From NCBI GenBank assembly GCA_002269645.1, contig NIVC01003977.1, forward strand, positions 1-64,000: a stretch of 64,000 nt of DNA, written 5' to 3'. The notes below the pieces were generated by a model. The model was not told the origin of the DNA and ran no database searches. It saw only the letters and a list, made by a program, of their open reading frames with translations. The stretch's first letter is position 1; every line of letters starts with the position of its first letter. Below are positions 11,560 to 24,414 of the stretch, piece after piece. The translations under genes were made by a program, and so were the position numbers. The DNA is from Macrostomum lignano. Lineage: Eukaryota.

Positions 11560-13100
11560 GCTCCTAATAAGCCTTGATATCTCAGAAATTCCCCCAGCTA
11601 CAAGCCTTGACATCTAAGAAACTCTTCCAATAAGCCTTGATCTCAACAATTCCCTCTGTAAGCCTTGACAACCCAGCAATTCCCTTGTAAGACTGGACCT
11701 CCCAGCAATTCCCCTATAAGCCTTGACATCCCAGCCATTCCCTCCCATAAGCCTTGACATCTTAGTGATTCCCCCCATAAGCCTTAACATCTCAGCGATT
11801 CCCCCAGTAGTCTCAGCAATTCCCCAGTAACCTTTGACATCTTAGAAAGTTCCCCACTAAGCCTTGAAGTCTTAGCGATTTCCTCACTAAGCCTCGATAT
11901 CCCAGAACTTCCTCCCATAAGCCTTGACATCCTAGCAATTCCCCCAGCTACAAGCCTTGACATCTTAGAAACTCTCCCAGTAAGCCTTGACATCTCAACA
12001 ATTCCCCCCATAAGCCTTGACATCTTAGCAATTTCCCACTAAGCCTTGACATCTTAGCAATTCTCCCAGCTGCAAGCCATGACATCTTAGAAACTCTCCC
12101 AGTAAGAATTGACATCTTAACAATCCCCCTATAAGTCTTGACATCCCACCATTTTCCCTGTAAGCCTTGACATCCTAGCAATTCCCCCCATAAGCCTTGA
12201 TATCCTAGCAATTCCCCCTATAAGCCTTGACATCCTAGCAATTCCCCCCATAAGCCTTGACATCTCAGCAATTCTCCTAGCTGCAAGCCTTGACATTTCA
12301 GCAATTCCCCCAGCTTGAGGCAATTCTCCCCATAAGTCTTGACATTTTAGCAATTTACGCACTAAGCCTTGACAGCCAAGCAACTTCTCTTTAGCCTCAA
12401 TGTCTCAGCAATTCCCCTAGCTGTAAGCCTTGAAAATGACAACTTAGCAATGCTCCCAGTGGGGGCTATAGCCCAGTGGTCTAGTGCAAGCTCTGGTGTG
12501 CCAGCAACCCAGGCTGGATTCTAAGTGTAGTCACATTAATTTGGGGCTGAATTGGAATCTTGGCTTGGCTCTGCTTGTGCAATTAATGGCCTTGAGAGCC
12601 AACCCCCCCCCCCCAAGATGCAATGAAGTGTATATGCCTAATGATAAAATAAAGTTAGGGCCATTGTACACTCCTGTGTGAATGTGTGCCTGCGTATATA
12701 TCAGCGCGCTTGTATGCCTGCTCAGGGGAGTCGGCGGAATGGGCAGTAATGCCTCTTGCTGGTTGTGTGCCTATGTCGCTTAAAGTGCGCCAGGGTGCAC
12801 ACAACCTCCCTGCCTCTAATAAATAATAATATGCTCCTAGTAAGCTTTGACATCTCAACAATCCCATCATAAGCCTTGACATCTTAGCAACTGCCCCTGA
12901 AAGCCTTGAAAATGACATCTTAGCAATGCTTCCAGTAAGCCTTGACATCTTAACAATCCTCCCATAAACCTTGACATCTTAACAACTGCCCCTGTAAGCC
13001 TTGACATCCCAGCCATTCTCCCCATAAGCCTTGACATCCTAGCAATTCCCCCCATAAGCCTTGACATCTTAGCAATTCTCCCAGTAGTCTCAGCAATTCC
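11560..13100. repeat. Degenerate ~29-33 bp minisatellite (TAAGCCTTGACATCTTAGCAATTCCCCCA), split by a SINE-like insertion
   Basis: Array at 11560-12460 resumes at 12831-13100. Confidence 0.9.
12461..12830 (+). mobile_element. SINE-like element, family 2, longest copy
   Basis: tRNA-like start GGGGGCTATAGCCCAGTGGTC, (AAT)n tail, flanking repeat ATGCTCC(C/T)AGT at 12450-12460 and 12831-12841. The body GGGCC..TGTACAC...GCTCAGG..AGTC.GCGG.ATGGGCAG is shared with 56795-57035 and in part with ~40990-41170. Confidence 0.7.
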
Positions 13101-15612
13101 GTCTGTTTGCACCTAGGCTAGCTTTCATTGATATATGCTTGTATATGCATTGTAGCACTTACAATTTAACACTCATATCATATCAGTTAGAGTAAAACTC
13201 ATGATGTAATTTATTTCTCAGTCAGTCAGTGTCAGTCACCATTAAAGTTAGCAATTCAATTGCACAATATCAATCAAGTCTTGTACTATATGCTTCCATA
13301 TTGTGTATTTCAGACTGGCACAATTCAAGCCAGTGTGAATATTCAGCCAGTAAACAACAAAAAATAAAAAGCCTGATATGATGCAATCTATTTCAGAATC
13401 AGAATTCAACCAGTCAGTTTTTTCTCTAGCATTTTTACAATGATTTTCAAGTCAAAATAGCTGTTTGACCTTTGCAAAAAGAATGTTTTTCGAATATTTA
13501 ATCCTTTAGCATTGAGAAATCTCTTAGCCACAACCGTTTTTTCTGATTTTCTGATCAGGAAAAATTTCTGATTGAATGGTGCAAGTTTGGTGGAAATCAG
13601 TTGAGCCATTTTTCTATTTAGATATATAGATTTCTATTATCAATTGCACAGACAGACAGACAGAGACAGTTCAGATTTAAATACATAGATATATAGATAT
13701 TTAAAATCAAATAAAAAAGGCCTTTTAATGTCATAATTGATCCTTTATTTTGCTAATCCTCTTTGAACTCCTATTGTGGTCATTTTTATAGAAAGTAACC
13801 TACTGAAATTTGAAAAAGTGTTGGTATACTAGTGCACATAGGCTCATATCTATTGCAAAAAGAGGGCTAGCTTTCTTTGGTATACTAGCATTTTTCTAAT
13901 GCTTTAGCATTTAGTTTGGTACAAGATTTACTTAGAACTGCCTAGTACAATTTGAACTTTTGCTAGGCCTGTAAAAAAGTAACCCATAAAATTTTTAAAC
14001 ATTTATAAATGTCATGTTTATAGGCCTTATTATTACTATTAGAATAAATTCTAAAAATCAATACCATAGATACATGTTAAGAATCTAGAAAAATGAATCA
14101 AGGGTCTTATAGCAACAATAACAAAATGCATTGTCAGTCAGTTAACAGACAATGTCACAAGGCTTGTTTTAGGCTAAGGTGCAAACCTATAGTTTGGAAG
14201 ATGACATATAGGCCTATTAGGATTTCCTAGTATACAATAAGGGTACTTGCCATTTTTTTTAGGATATATTAGCATATATGATATAGTAGAAACCTTTAGC
14301 AAGCACTTAGTGAAACAGTTTCAATGACACATTTTTTAGACCCAGCATAAAAATAAGATTTTGCACTTTTTCCCTTGCTAACTAGGCATGGCTATACTAA
14401 TATATCTTATAATCTAAACTATGAGTATAGTGCAAATGGTTTTTTTGGGGCCATATAGGGCCCTAAGGGTTTTTTGCCCCTTGAAAATTGTATTGGCAAC
14501 AGGATTTTTGGTATCAGAGGCCAATCTGGCAACTTCATTTTCTTGTGCCAGTTGCCAATTTCAAAAAAAGATTTTGTAAATGTATAAAGTACCATATAAA
14601 TCAATAGGCCCTATGCTAGAATTTTTTGCTTGTTATTGTTTGCAGCATAGATAGCAATCTTAGAATTGAGAACAAATTTCTGCTTTTCAAATATAGCCTT
14701 GGAAATATCCATCCTCAAGAATTTGGCTAGTTGCCAATAGGCAACCAAAAATAGGCCTAGCCATTGGCAACTGGATTTTGAGCCCCAAGGGCAAGTTGGC
14801 AATTGGATTTCCAATCTTAAAAAAAAACCTAGGGTGCAAATATAAGCTACGAGTACATTGCTAACAGTGTCTAAGGCATTAGCATCATCCAATAGGCAAT
14901 TGACAAAACACTGAGTATATACCTACCCTTACTAATAAAGGCCTCATACCTACAACATTAATAGCAGCACTTTTTGTATAATGTACACTACCAACTATAG
15001 GCAATACATTAATACAACTTAGCTTAGATGAAATGGCCTATTAGATAAAGTTGCCAATGGAGAGATAATATATGGCTTGCAAGACTACAAGTGCACATTA
15101 GCATATAAGTGTTTATGGCATTATTGCACACACAAAACGTGCTTCTATCATATTGTCATATCAACTAGCCAATAGTACAACTCAATAAAAGACAAGTATT
15201 ATAATGCATGCTGACCAATTGATAAGCATCCATAATTAGTCTATGACTATGGTAATTTGTCCAGTACAAATGGATAGGCCCCCCTAAAAAGAGTTGAGGG
15301 GCTGTTGAAAAAGCTGAGCTACAAAACTGTCTCAGTATGTCTTCATTCAATACTATGATTAATTTGTTTCAATTCCCAACTTTTTATTCCTTGTATTACT
15401 GGCTTGACTAAATAAAAAATTGCTAACCTACTAAATGTTATACCGGGTACAATGTTTGACCTATCGTCATTTTTTCATTGTATGAAGCTGGCTTTTGCTT
15501 GGAATAGATAGGCCTATCACAAATCAAAACTGTCCAGCAATAAGTTTTTATAGGCCTATTTGTATTTTTTTATTCTTTACTTGAAAGTATTCTAAATAAT
15601 AAACCTATGGAA

Positions 15613-15891
15613 CCTGATTGCAGCGCATGGGCATTTTGGCGGACGGCGTCCGGCGCGGATCTAATACGGCGCGGCGCGGCGCGTACGGCGCGCGGCGATT
15701 AGTACGGCGCGGCGCGGTACTAATTAGATGCCGAGGCATTTAGGCTTGATAAGACAGTCATAGTTACTCCTGCCGTTTACCCAAAACTGCGTTAATTTTG
15801 CTTTAGAGTTTCTTTCATAGGTAAGTCATTTCACAGCGTGGCGCAGGTTGTGTAGGCGTCTGGCGTACTTAAGCCATGCGCTGCAATAGGG
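15613..15891. mobile_element. 279-bp MITE, 18-bp TIR, 8-bp TSD
   Basis: TIR CCTGATTGCAGCGCATGG versus CCCTATTGCAGCGCATGG (reverse complement of the right end); TSD CTATGGAA at 15605-15612 and 15892-15899; internal CGGCG repeats. Confidence 0.78.
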
Positions 15892-17573
15892 CTATGGAAT
15901 GAAAGCCAACTACTATTATATCTTAATGTCATTAGATTAAACATGAGAATTCAATGTTTGACATTTTGTATTGAAGTTGCTATTCTGACTGCCTTATGTT
16001 TTGAGCCCACGGAGGTACTGGAGATAGACATTGAGGGGGATCACTACAGAATCATTATTATAGTTGACAATGGCTTATTAGTTGAAGAAGATGAATTGGC
16101 TCTATATAGCAAAGTAGATAGACTGTCAGACATCTTGCCTAGGCCTAGCTCATTTGCCTTTCACTTGCAATTAGTTTAGTAACTAAAAAAAGTTTGCATA
16201 AGTTTCAAATGTTACTTTGCTATTTGTATATTAATTTTAAGGTGCATTATTGCATAGGCCTATTGATTGCAAGTTGCCTATGGCAGAAATTCTCATTATC
16301 TTGTCTCACTTGTTGGCTAGACCATATAATATTAACATAGGCTTAACTATAATAGTTTGCTAGGACAAGATAGGCCAGTCTGATGACTAGGCCTAGCTTT
16401 ATTTTTTGTGCAATAGGGATATTATAGCTATACATAGATAGGCCTATATAGCATATTTTGACTTTTAAAATTGCATCTTTAAATTGGATTGGACCTTGTT
16501 TGCAATTCTGCATCTTAGCATCCTGCCCTGCCCTATGCTTTCACTGTATTGAGCATTGCACTTGAATTGCTACCAGATTATAACACTCCTATGCCATGCC
16601 ACTAGGCTTACCATTTGCATTGCATTGCCATTGGGTCGACTCGACCTAGAGCTAGAGAAAGGGACTCCTGGCCCCTGGGTGGGTCCGCTGCCCACCTATA
16701 TCTTTAAGTAGGCTTAAAGACCTATGGTAGGCCTAGGCCCTAGGGCCTAGCCGTCTAGGCCTGACTATTTATGGCTACGATTCTATGAATGAAATTTTAA
16801 AGCTAGCTAAATTATTGCCAAATGCAGATGAACGCTTATAATAATAGGCACTAGGCTTAGGCTAGCTAGGGACTAGGCCAGGTAGGCCTATTATGGCCAA
16901 TAGTATAGCCTGCTCTACTACTGGTATAGCCAATAGGCCCTAGGCCTATGTTATTCTTATAAATAATAGTTATAATACACGAATCTTTAAATTCTTAGGT
17001 ATAGGCCTAGTCAAATTTAGAGTCAAATGTAGCTCGAACACAACATAGGCCGTAGCTTTAGTTTAAGATAGGACTTAAGCTAAGAAATCTGAACTTTTTT
17101 AACTTCAACAAAATCCACATAACCTCGTCATACCTACGACATATATACGGATCCATAAATTTAAAAATGTTACAATGGGTAAAGTAAAGGTGGGTGGGGC
17201 CGTGGGTGGGGGTGGGTATATGATAATGTGCGCGTGCCCAATGGGACTTGGAATGGGAGTGGTCGGCTATTTACCACTGTTACCCCTGGCCCTGACTTTG
17301 GATAGAAAATTACTTTATGATTGTTGAGCGAGCGACGTACGCAACCGACCAGCCAGGTGGTTCCTTAGGTTCCCGTCTCCTCCATGACCGCACAGTCTTG
17401 CTGTCTTTCTTCTTTTAGAGCGGAAAAAATCGATAGTACTATCAATGTTACGAGCGTTCTATTAAAAATAATTTAGCTGTATTGTCAAATTGAATCTAAA
17501 CGATTAATACGACCGTTTTAGCCAGATCGTTTAGTATTACTGTATTAGAATTAGATTTCCAACCAGCTGTAAC

Positions 17574-17770
17574 CAGGGGCGTAGCCAGGAATTTCCTTCA
17601 GGGGGGGGGGATACACCAAGGTGAATTTTCTACGGGGGGATACACCAAGGTAAAAGTGCTATGACAGAGTCACATGGTAGCATGTATAGCAACAAAGGGC
17701 AACAAAAAAGTTTTGGTCAGGCTCTTCGGGGGGGGGATACATCCCCCTATCCCCCCTCCCTACGCCCCTG
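17574..17770. mobile_element. 197-bp hAT-type MITE
   Basis: TIR CAGGGGCGTAG...CTACGCCCCTG; perfect 8-bp TSD GCTGTAAC at 17566-17573 and 17771-17778. Confidence 0.88.
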
Positions 17771-18608
17771 GCTGTAACCACTGAAACAAGAATGGGAAGT
17801 TTGCCTGTGCCTGTAGCAAGTACTTGTAGCATGGCTAGAATCTTAATTTTGGTCAAGGGGGGTCGACTAGAGGGAGCATTGGGGTCAAATAATTAAGGTG
17901 TTAAGCCCCCCTCAGGAATATCTCTTGGAAATAAATATCTCAGGAGTATCAGGAATTTAAGCCCCCCTCGCCCCCCGCCCTGGGACTCCGCCACTGTAAA
18001 CAAGGAAATCTCATCAATGTAGATTTTGAAAACAGTGCTGCTCAAACTATATTGAGCAAGCTAATGATAAGCGCACCTGAAATTCGACTTTATTTTCCGT
18101 AATTTTGTTACTTGTCTTCATATATTTTACAGAAATATGAAAATATAAAAAGCAGACTGACTGATATAATTCACAATTGAAAATAAAATACAAGAAAAAA
18201 GTATATCTGAAGGGGTGCATGCACAAAAGAGAACAAAGTGGGACATTGTACAACATACTACTTACACACAATTTGCGCGATCCTTTGTTCCCAATTAATT
18301 GTGCCTATGCGCTGCACATGCTATAGACTGACCTAGCTGTCAATGCGGAAAATCTCAAATAAATGCAAAAACAGATATTACACGACTCGATGATCTTGTT
18401 TAAAGTTTTCGTTGCTCCCAGTTAAATTCAGAATGCTGGGCACTGCACTACACACTCACTATAGCTTAATTGTATCTTAACGAATAGTTGCCATCGAAGA
18501 TTTAGATCTCAACAACTTATTGAGTTAATTAGTTGTTCATCCTAAAATGAAAGTTTCGGGTACCTCCTATCCAGCTCTAAGGCTGGATGATTAAATTTCG
18601 ATCAATAA

Positions 18609-21600
18609 TTAAATTTCAAAGTACAGTTCGGAATCGCTGAACTGCAAGCCAACGCTGCCAGCTGAAACTCCTCTCTGCTCTCCAATGATGGCACCTCTGC
18701 CTCGGCCTCCGCGACCGCCCTGGCCTCGTCGACCGCCCTCCTGAGTGGACTCAACGTCTGCAACAGCTCGAGCTGAGGGGGCGACGCCTGCGCCGCCGAG
18801 TGTGGCGAGTTGGACCACGCCCGAGGTGGCGGCAGAGCACTGGCGCGAGGTCTGCGACGAGGTTGTTGGCGTGGTGTCCTCGCTACGCGGCCGGACCTGC
18901 ATCCGGGGCCTGTTGAGTTTATGTTTCATGGTAACCAGTACTATCACCAGGATGAATCCGATGAGCAGGAGGCCGCCCACCACCGAGCCGATGACCACTT
19001 CCATCAATGGGAAACTGCTTTCATTGCTTTCTCCAGTGTAGTACCTGTGTTGGGAAGTAAATTGTTTACACTAATAAATAATCTGCCGAGCTCGTTGAGT
19101 TCACCAATTTCAACTCCTTAAGTCACTTATTTGAACACCCTGAGTCACTCATTTGAACTCCTCGAGTCACTGATTTGAACTCCCTGAGTCAGAGTCACTG
19201 ATTTGAACTCCCCGAGTCACTCATTTGAGCTCCCTGAGACACTCATTTGAGCTCCCTGAGTCACTCACTCATTTGAGCTCTGAGTCACTCATTTGAACTC
19301 CCTGAGTCACTGATTTTAACTCCCTGAGTCACTGATTTAAACTCCCTGAGTCACTGATTTGAACTCCCCGAGTCACTGATTTGAACTCCCTGAGTCAGAG
19401 TCACTGATTTGAACTCCCCGAGTCACTCATTTGAACTCCCTGAGTCATTCACTCATTTGAGCTCCCTGAGTCACTCATTTGAACTCCCCGAGTCACTGGC
19501 TTTAACTCCCTGAGTCACTGATTTGAACTCGCCGAGTCATTGATTTGAACTGCCCGAGTCACTGATTTGAATTCCCTGAGTCACTCATTCGAGCTGCCTG
19601 AGTCACTCATTTGAACTCCTCGAGTCACTCATTTGAACTCCCTGAGTCAGTCACTGATTTGAACTCCCCGAGTCACTGGTTTGAACTCCCTGAGTCACTC
19701 ATTTGATCTCCCTGAGTCACTCATTTGAGCTCCCTAAGTCACTCATTTGAGCTCCCTGAGTCACTCATTTGAGCTCCCTGAGTCACTCATTTGAGCTCCC
19801 TGAGTCACTCTTTTGAGCTCCTTGAGTCACTCATTTGAATTCCTGAGTCAATGAATCAAGGTCGCTACGGAAGTTAGCATTTCTTATCGCTAAATAGCTT
19901 CTACTCACTCAACAGACGTGGCAGAATACTCAACTCCGTCGACTGTCACAACGAACGCACCGGAATTAACCTTCGTCTTAATCAGATTTAGTTTGCTGCT
20001 TGCATCCACTGAGGGAAAGATGATATTCAAGTTTTATTTTCATATTTTTGACAGCTGTCGTGTTTTTAATATACTACTTATAGTAGTCAGTATAGTGCAA
20101 CTCACTGCTTGGATCGGAATTCTCCCAATTTGCGATGACAGATCCGGGCTTCACCTCTATGACCGATATCTGATAGATTGAAATGCGAAACGCTTCCGCC
20201 AACGCCTTCTGCAGTGAGACTTTGAAATCCTTAATCAGAGCCTTGTCTACGAGCTGATAATAGTCCATCTTTTCAAACTTAATCGTGAATTTCACGGTTG
20301 GATCTGTGGAGAAAGTTCAGTTGTAGTTTGATTTGTATAATATAATAATGCTATCTAAAGCAGAACTTAGGGCTATATTGTGTTGAAAATTATAATAGAG
20401 AATAGTATTTTTGGCATAATTATTCCAGCAAAAAATCTTGATAATGCAGCTAAAATACATGTATTAAGCTTGTTTAAAAAGTTAGAACTCATACGGCTCG
20501 TACGACTTGAAAATGTGCACATGATAGAGGTTAAACCAAGACCAAGCTAAAAATGACTAAATAGGAGCGTATATCGACTGAATTGAGCGCAGAGTTAGCA
20601 CGTCAGACATCGGCTACTGCAATGTTATACTTTTGTTATAATAATGCTCTGTTACTCTGCATGTGTTATAGTACTCTCGAGTTCAAACAAAAATGTTACA
20701 GTTCTACATCTATCTGATCTTGCAAATTGACTCTCACATTTTTCTTGCAAAGGTGTCGTCAGCTGCTGGCTCTTCTTCATGGGATGAATCGAAACAGTCC
20801 TGAATTGAGCCTGAATTACTGATGCAGTTAGGAAAATAGTTGCTCGCCTATAGCGCCTAGCCAGCAATCTCATTTAAATTTACAAAGAATTGCTTGTGAA
20901 AAAAGCTCAAAAGCTATTTTTCGTAAAGCGCAGAAGCTTTCCACGAAAGGAAAATGGATTTGAAAATAGAACCAGGCCATTCGATTGCTTACTTGGAGTG
21001 GTTTCCATGGAAGACGGGGGAACTGTGGAGGCCGTTGTTGAAATGCTATTTTTAGCGCCACCGGTAGTAGAAGCAGAGCCCGCACCTGTGCTGGGAATTC
21101 TATCAATGGTAGTAGTGTCGCTGTCGCTTTTGCTTATGCCGATTTCTATTGTGCCTGACGAGGCTGTTTCAGCGATGCTGACTGTGCTGCCGACAGCTCC
21201 CTGCTGCCACGGAAATCCGGACAGAAGATCCAACACGGAGGACTGTCGCGGACAGACTAGACTGATGTGAACGCAGATAAGTTGGACACCGTCGCCAAAT
21301 TCAACCTGAGCAGGTCTGGACTTAAAAGAGTCCGATAAGCAGGTGACTTGGAAGCCGTTACGCGTCACTGCATAAGAGGCGTCACTGGCATCGGGCTCTG
21401 CTGGGCACGCAACCGACAGGCACTCTGTCCAGCTCCTGTTCTGGCTTTGTATTTGTAGACTGCGCCAATTACCAGTTAGGTTGCACAATTCAGTATCCCT
21501 TGGCAGAACAGCGCTGCAATTTGAATCAGAAATGACACCGCAGCTACCAACGGACTTGTGCGAATGGTCCGGTCTTGAAGCGGAGCTTGATTCTGCGTCA

Positions 21601-23034
21601 GCCGAGCAAAACATTGAATTCGACTGCGATGGCCCCGAAGTTGGACAGCTCCACGAGAACCAACAACCGGCGCGACGGCCCCAAGAAAATCGATCGGCAA
21701 GGGAATAGTTGACGGTGTACCATCCCGAATCCTCAAGAAGCGCCAGGGTGCCCTCTCCAGACAGGAAACGCCAGTTGAAACGGGCTGATGAGAGAACAGA
21801 CGGAAACATAAAAACCGGATGCCACGCGCCAGAATTTGTCCCTGGCGCCAGCGGCACGCCGATACTACAGTTGAAATGCCGCTCAGCAAAGCTCTGGACT
21901 GACGCAGTTCGCACGAATGAGATGCCATTCTGCCTGACAAGTATGTCACGCTCTTGCAGAGTCTCCCAAGTGCCCAGCTCAGAAGGCGACGACTTCATCA
22001 ATCTTTGAAATTCGGTCATCAGATTTCGAGAAAATCCCAGCATTCGAACTAATCCGGCCAAAATCTGTTGCAAAAGTCGGCCAGACCGAGAGGCCAGCTC
22101 AGAGTCAATCAGTCGAGGACACACGCGCAGAAGTCCCGCCACTGGCCGCCGGACCATCCATTGTTGCGAGCACTCTGTCCCTGTTATATCTCGAGCCTGC
22201 CAATAGTGAAGATGCAAACTTGATTACCGGATCAAGCCGACTCAGAATGTAAAGAATTGGATGCTGAAGACACAATAACCAAGCCAACTCACAGATTCCG
22301 CACTGCAGAAGCTGCTCTGTTGGGTAGCAACAAAGAGAATGAAATTTGCGCCTGCTTCACCACCCGAACCAGCTGGATTAATAATCACTTTTGAGCTGTT
22401 GTAGACGGCAATTTCCGAGAGATATTCCTGAGGTATCTGTTGACCGATGTCGATAATGATCATTAAACTTCGGAACGAAAATACTTTGTCCATATTTAGT
22501 AACAAATTCAAGATCAGGTACACAAATGACCTACAGTTATGCATTAGCTCACTTACACGAAAAGTGTCGTCTGCTGAGCAGACCTCGCCTGTACTCATGT
22601 AGGTCTCATTTAACAGGCTGCACCTGTTACTTTCCATCCATTGTGAACAATAGGAGCGAGATCTGTTTAGCCGTATTGCTTGTCCAGGATTTAAATCGAT
22701 TACTGAAATTATCGATCGATACTGATTGGCTCGGTGGGCTCCAAGTTATCAAAGGAATTCAATAAATCAATGGCCTGAGTTACAAACCTCTCAGCAAAGC
22801 TTCAAGCCGGCTTGCTGCCACTCGGACGGTTTCCCTGAGCAGGTAATCCTGCTCACTACTAAGCCCAGCATTGTCGAAGACTTTCTGAATGCTCAGCTGA
22901 GGCCAGTTGGCATCCGTCAGAGGCTTCGCCCATCGCACGCAGCAGCACAGGCACAGCAGTAGCAGTTGCAGAGCCACACATCGCGACACCGGCAGCAGTG
23001 GCAGCAGCGACGGTGTCGACAGCCTGACGGCCAT
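18609..23034 (-). CDS. LMLN-like: Leishmanolysin/invadolysin (peptidase M8)-like type I membrane pseudo-protease with S/T stalk, SEA domain and TM helix; ~824 aa; exons 23034-22788, 22702-22557, 22436-22293, 22196-20993, 20303-20106, 20008-19909, 19044-18609
   Basis: M8 motifs ANFILFV..C, C-x7-RPVAG.LRVCP, ERHFNC and TLALLEDSGWYTVNYSLADRFSWGRRAGC. All introns are GT-AG with matching phases and the exons total 2475 nt with no stop. Hydrophobic signal LQLLLLCLCCC, SEA-like GSVIA, TM VVIGSVVGGLLLIGFILVIVLV. HExxH position reads AGLVR. Confidence 0.87.
19128..19852. repeat. 22-bp minisatellite (TGAGTCACTCATTTGAACTCCC) in the last intron of the M8-like gene
   Basis: About 32 copies, about 20 with a perfect TGAGTCA. 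Confidence 0.96.
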
Positions 23035-24414
23035 TCAAGGCGGAATTTGCAGCCTCGACATTCGGTGCGTCCTCTTGTGTCACGCTTCTCCGGAAGCTCC
23101 CCGACTCGTCGGTATTAATTATGTCTGCTTCTTCTGCCAAGAAAGTTTGCCCAACGGTGTCTTCTGTAGATTGTCGGGTATAATTGTAAGGCTTACAATA
23201 AAAAAGACTTGCGAGCGCCGCCAGGAAGAGGGGGCACCCCCGGCCCAATGTCAGCTTGTTAACGTGCGCGAGGCGACCCCATGGTTGTCATAACGCAACC
23301 AAAACAGAATGAGAATGTCCAACTGGGCCTGTACACCTGGGCCGGGGCAGCCCCCGCTCACCAGGGTTACTCAGTCAACAAACTCATCTAGATGCTCAGC
23401 AAGTGCGCGACAATCTCTCTCCAGCGCGAACCACCCCTTCTTTTCCTCTCTTCTCTTCTTACCTGCCCGGGCGCACGGGAAGCACCCACTTGGCATTGGG
23501 TGTACAGAGAACGAACTTTACGTTGACTGCTCTGCTTTCAGTGTACTTAAAAATTGCCTGCTTTTTATCTTGCTGAGTGCATTTCTAGATAGCCTTCTCC
23601 TACCTAAGCAAAAACCTCTACGCTTTGGGACAGAATTTGCTTCCAGTGGGGTTGGCTCTCCGGAGTTCTGTATTGTCTTTCGTCTAAATACTTAGTTATG
23701 CAAGCAATTCTTGAACTCAGACTCCAAGTTTTCGCTTTACGTGTATATTTGCTTTCGTACGAGCGTACTCCGCAGCTGTACTCAGTGTTTACTCAATTAT
23801 AGATTTTAAACAGCTGAATAAAGTTTTAACCTGTACAGGTTTCTGCTAATAAAGGCTTAGAAATGAACAATATACACTGTAATGCTGTATATAGTCTCAG
23901 AAAAACCAACCGAAGAGAATAACTTGGTACTTCATACCTGCATTATGCTTCAAATACGTGTGTTTAGGAGCACTTGAACACTCTATGTACCAAAAGAGTC
24001 AAATCTAAAGCAAATTAATTCAAATTATGTCAAACAATTTCATGAATATGAATTTCATTTTGATTCCACACAGATGATATAATCATGCGTAGCGCGGCTA
24101 ATTGAAAATTACTATAGAGGCCGATATTAGTTGTTAGAATTATTACATGTACATGTACAGTGACTTCAAACAAAATAAATTATCAAATTTTTCAACTATA
24201 GCTAGTCGCTTATGTACTGGTAATCTCTACTGGTATACATGTACATATGTAATTATTAGCTATCGTACATGCACATGACATCCAAGGTCCTTGACGACAT
24301 CATCGGTGACATGCATGCAGTAATTATGTATAAAAATTTCTGCCATTAACAAAAGACTGCGCAGTAACAAAATGTTACAGCTGCATGCGGATGCGACTAC
24401 ATATGTTATATGTA

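Noticed and set aside
17850-18004. hAT-like right end CTCCGCCACTG at 17986-17996
   Set aside because: No matching left TIR or TSD could be identified, so boundaries are unsupported.
20735-20815. Possible extra phase-1 cassette exon in the M8-like gene
   Set aside because: Splice phases fit but signals are weak, and the model is already in frame without it.
22197-22292. Two in-frame stops suggesting the M8-like gene is a pseudogene
   Set aside because: Both fall in a 96-nt GT-AG intron whose removal restores the alignment to M8 family spacing.
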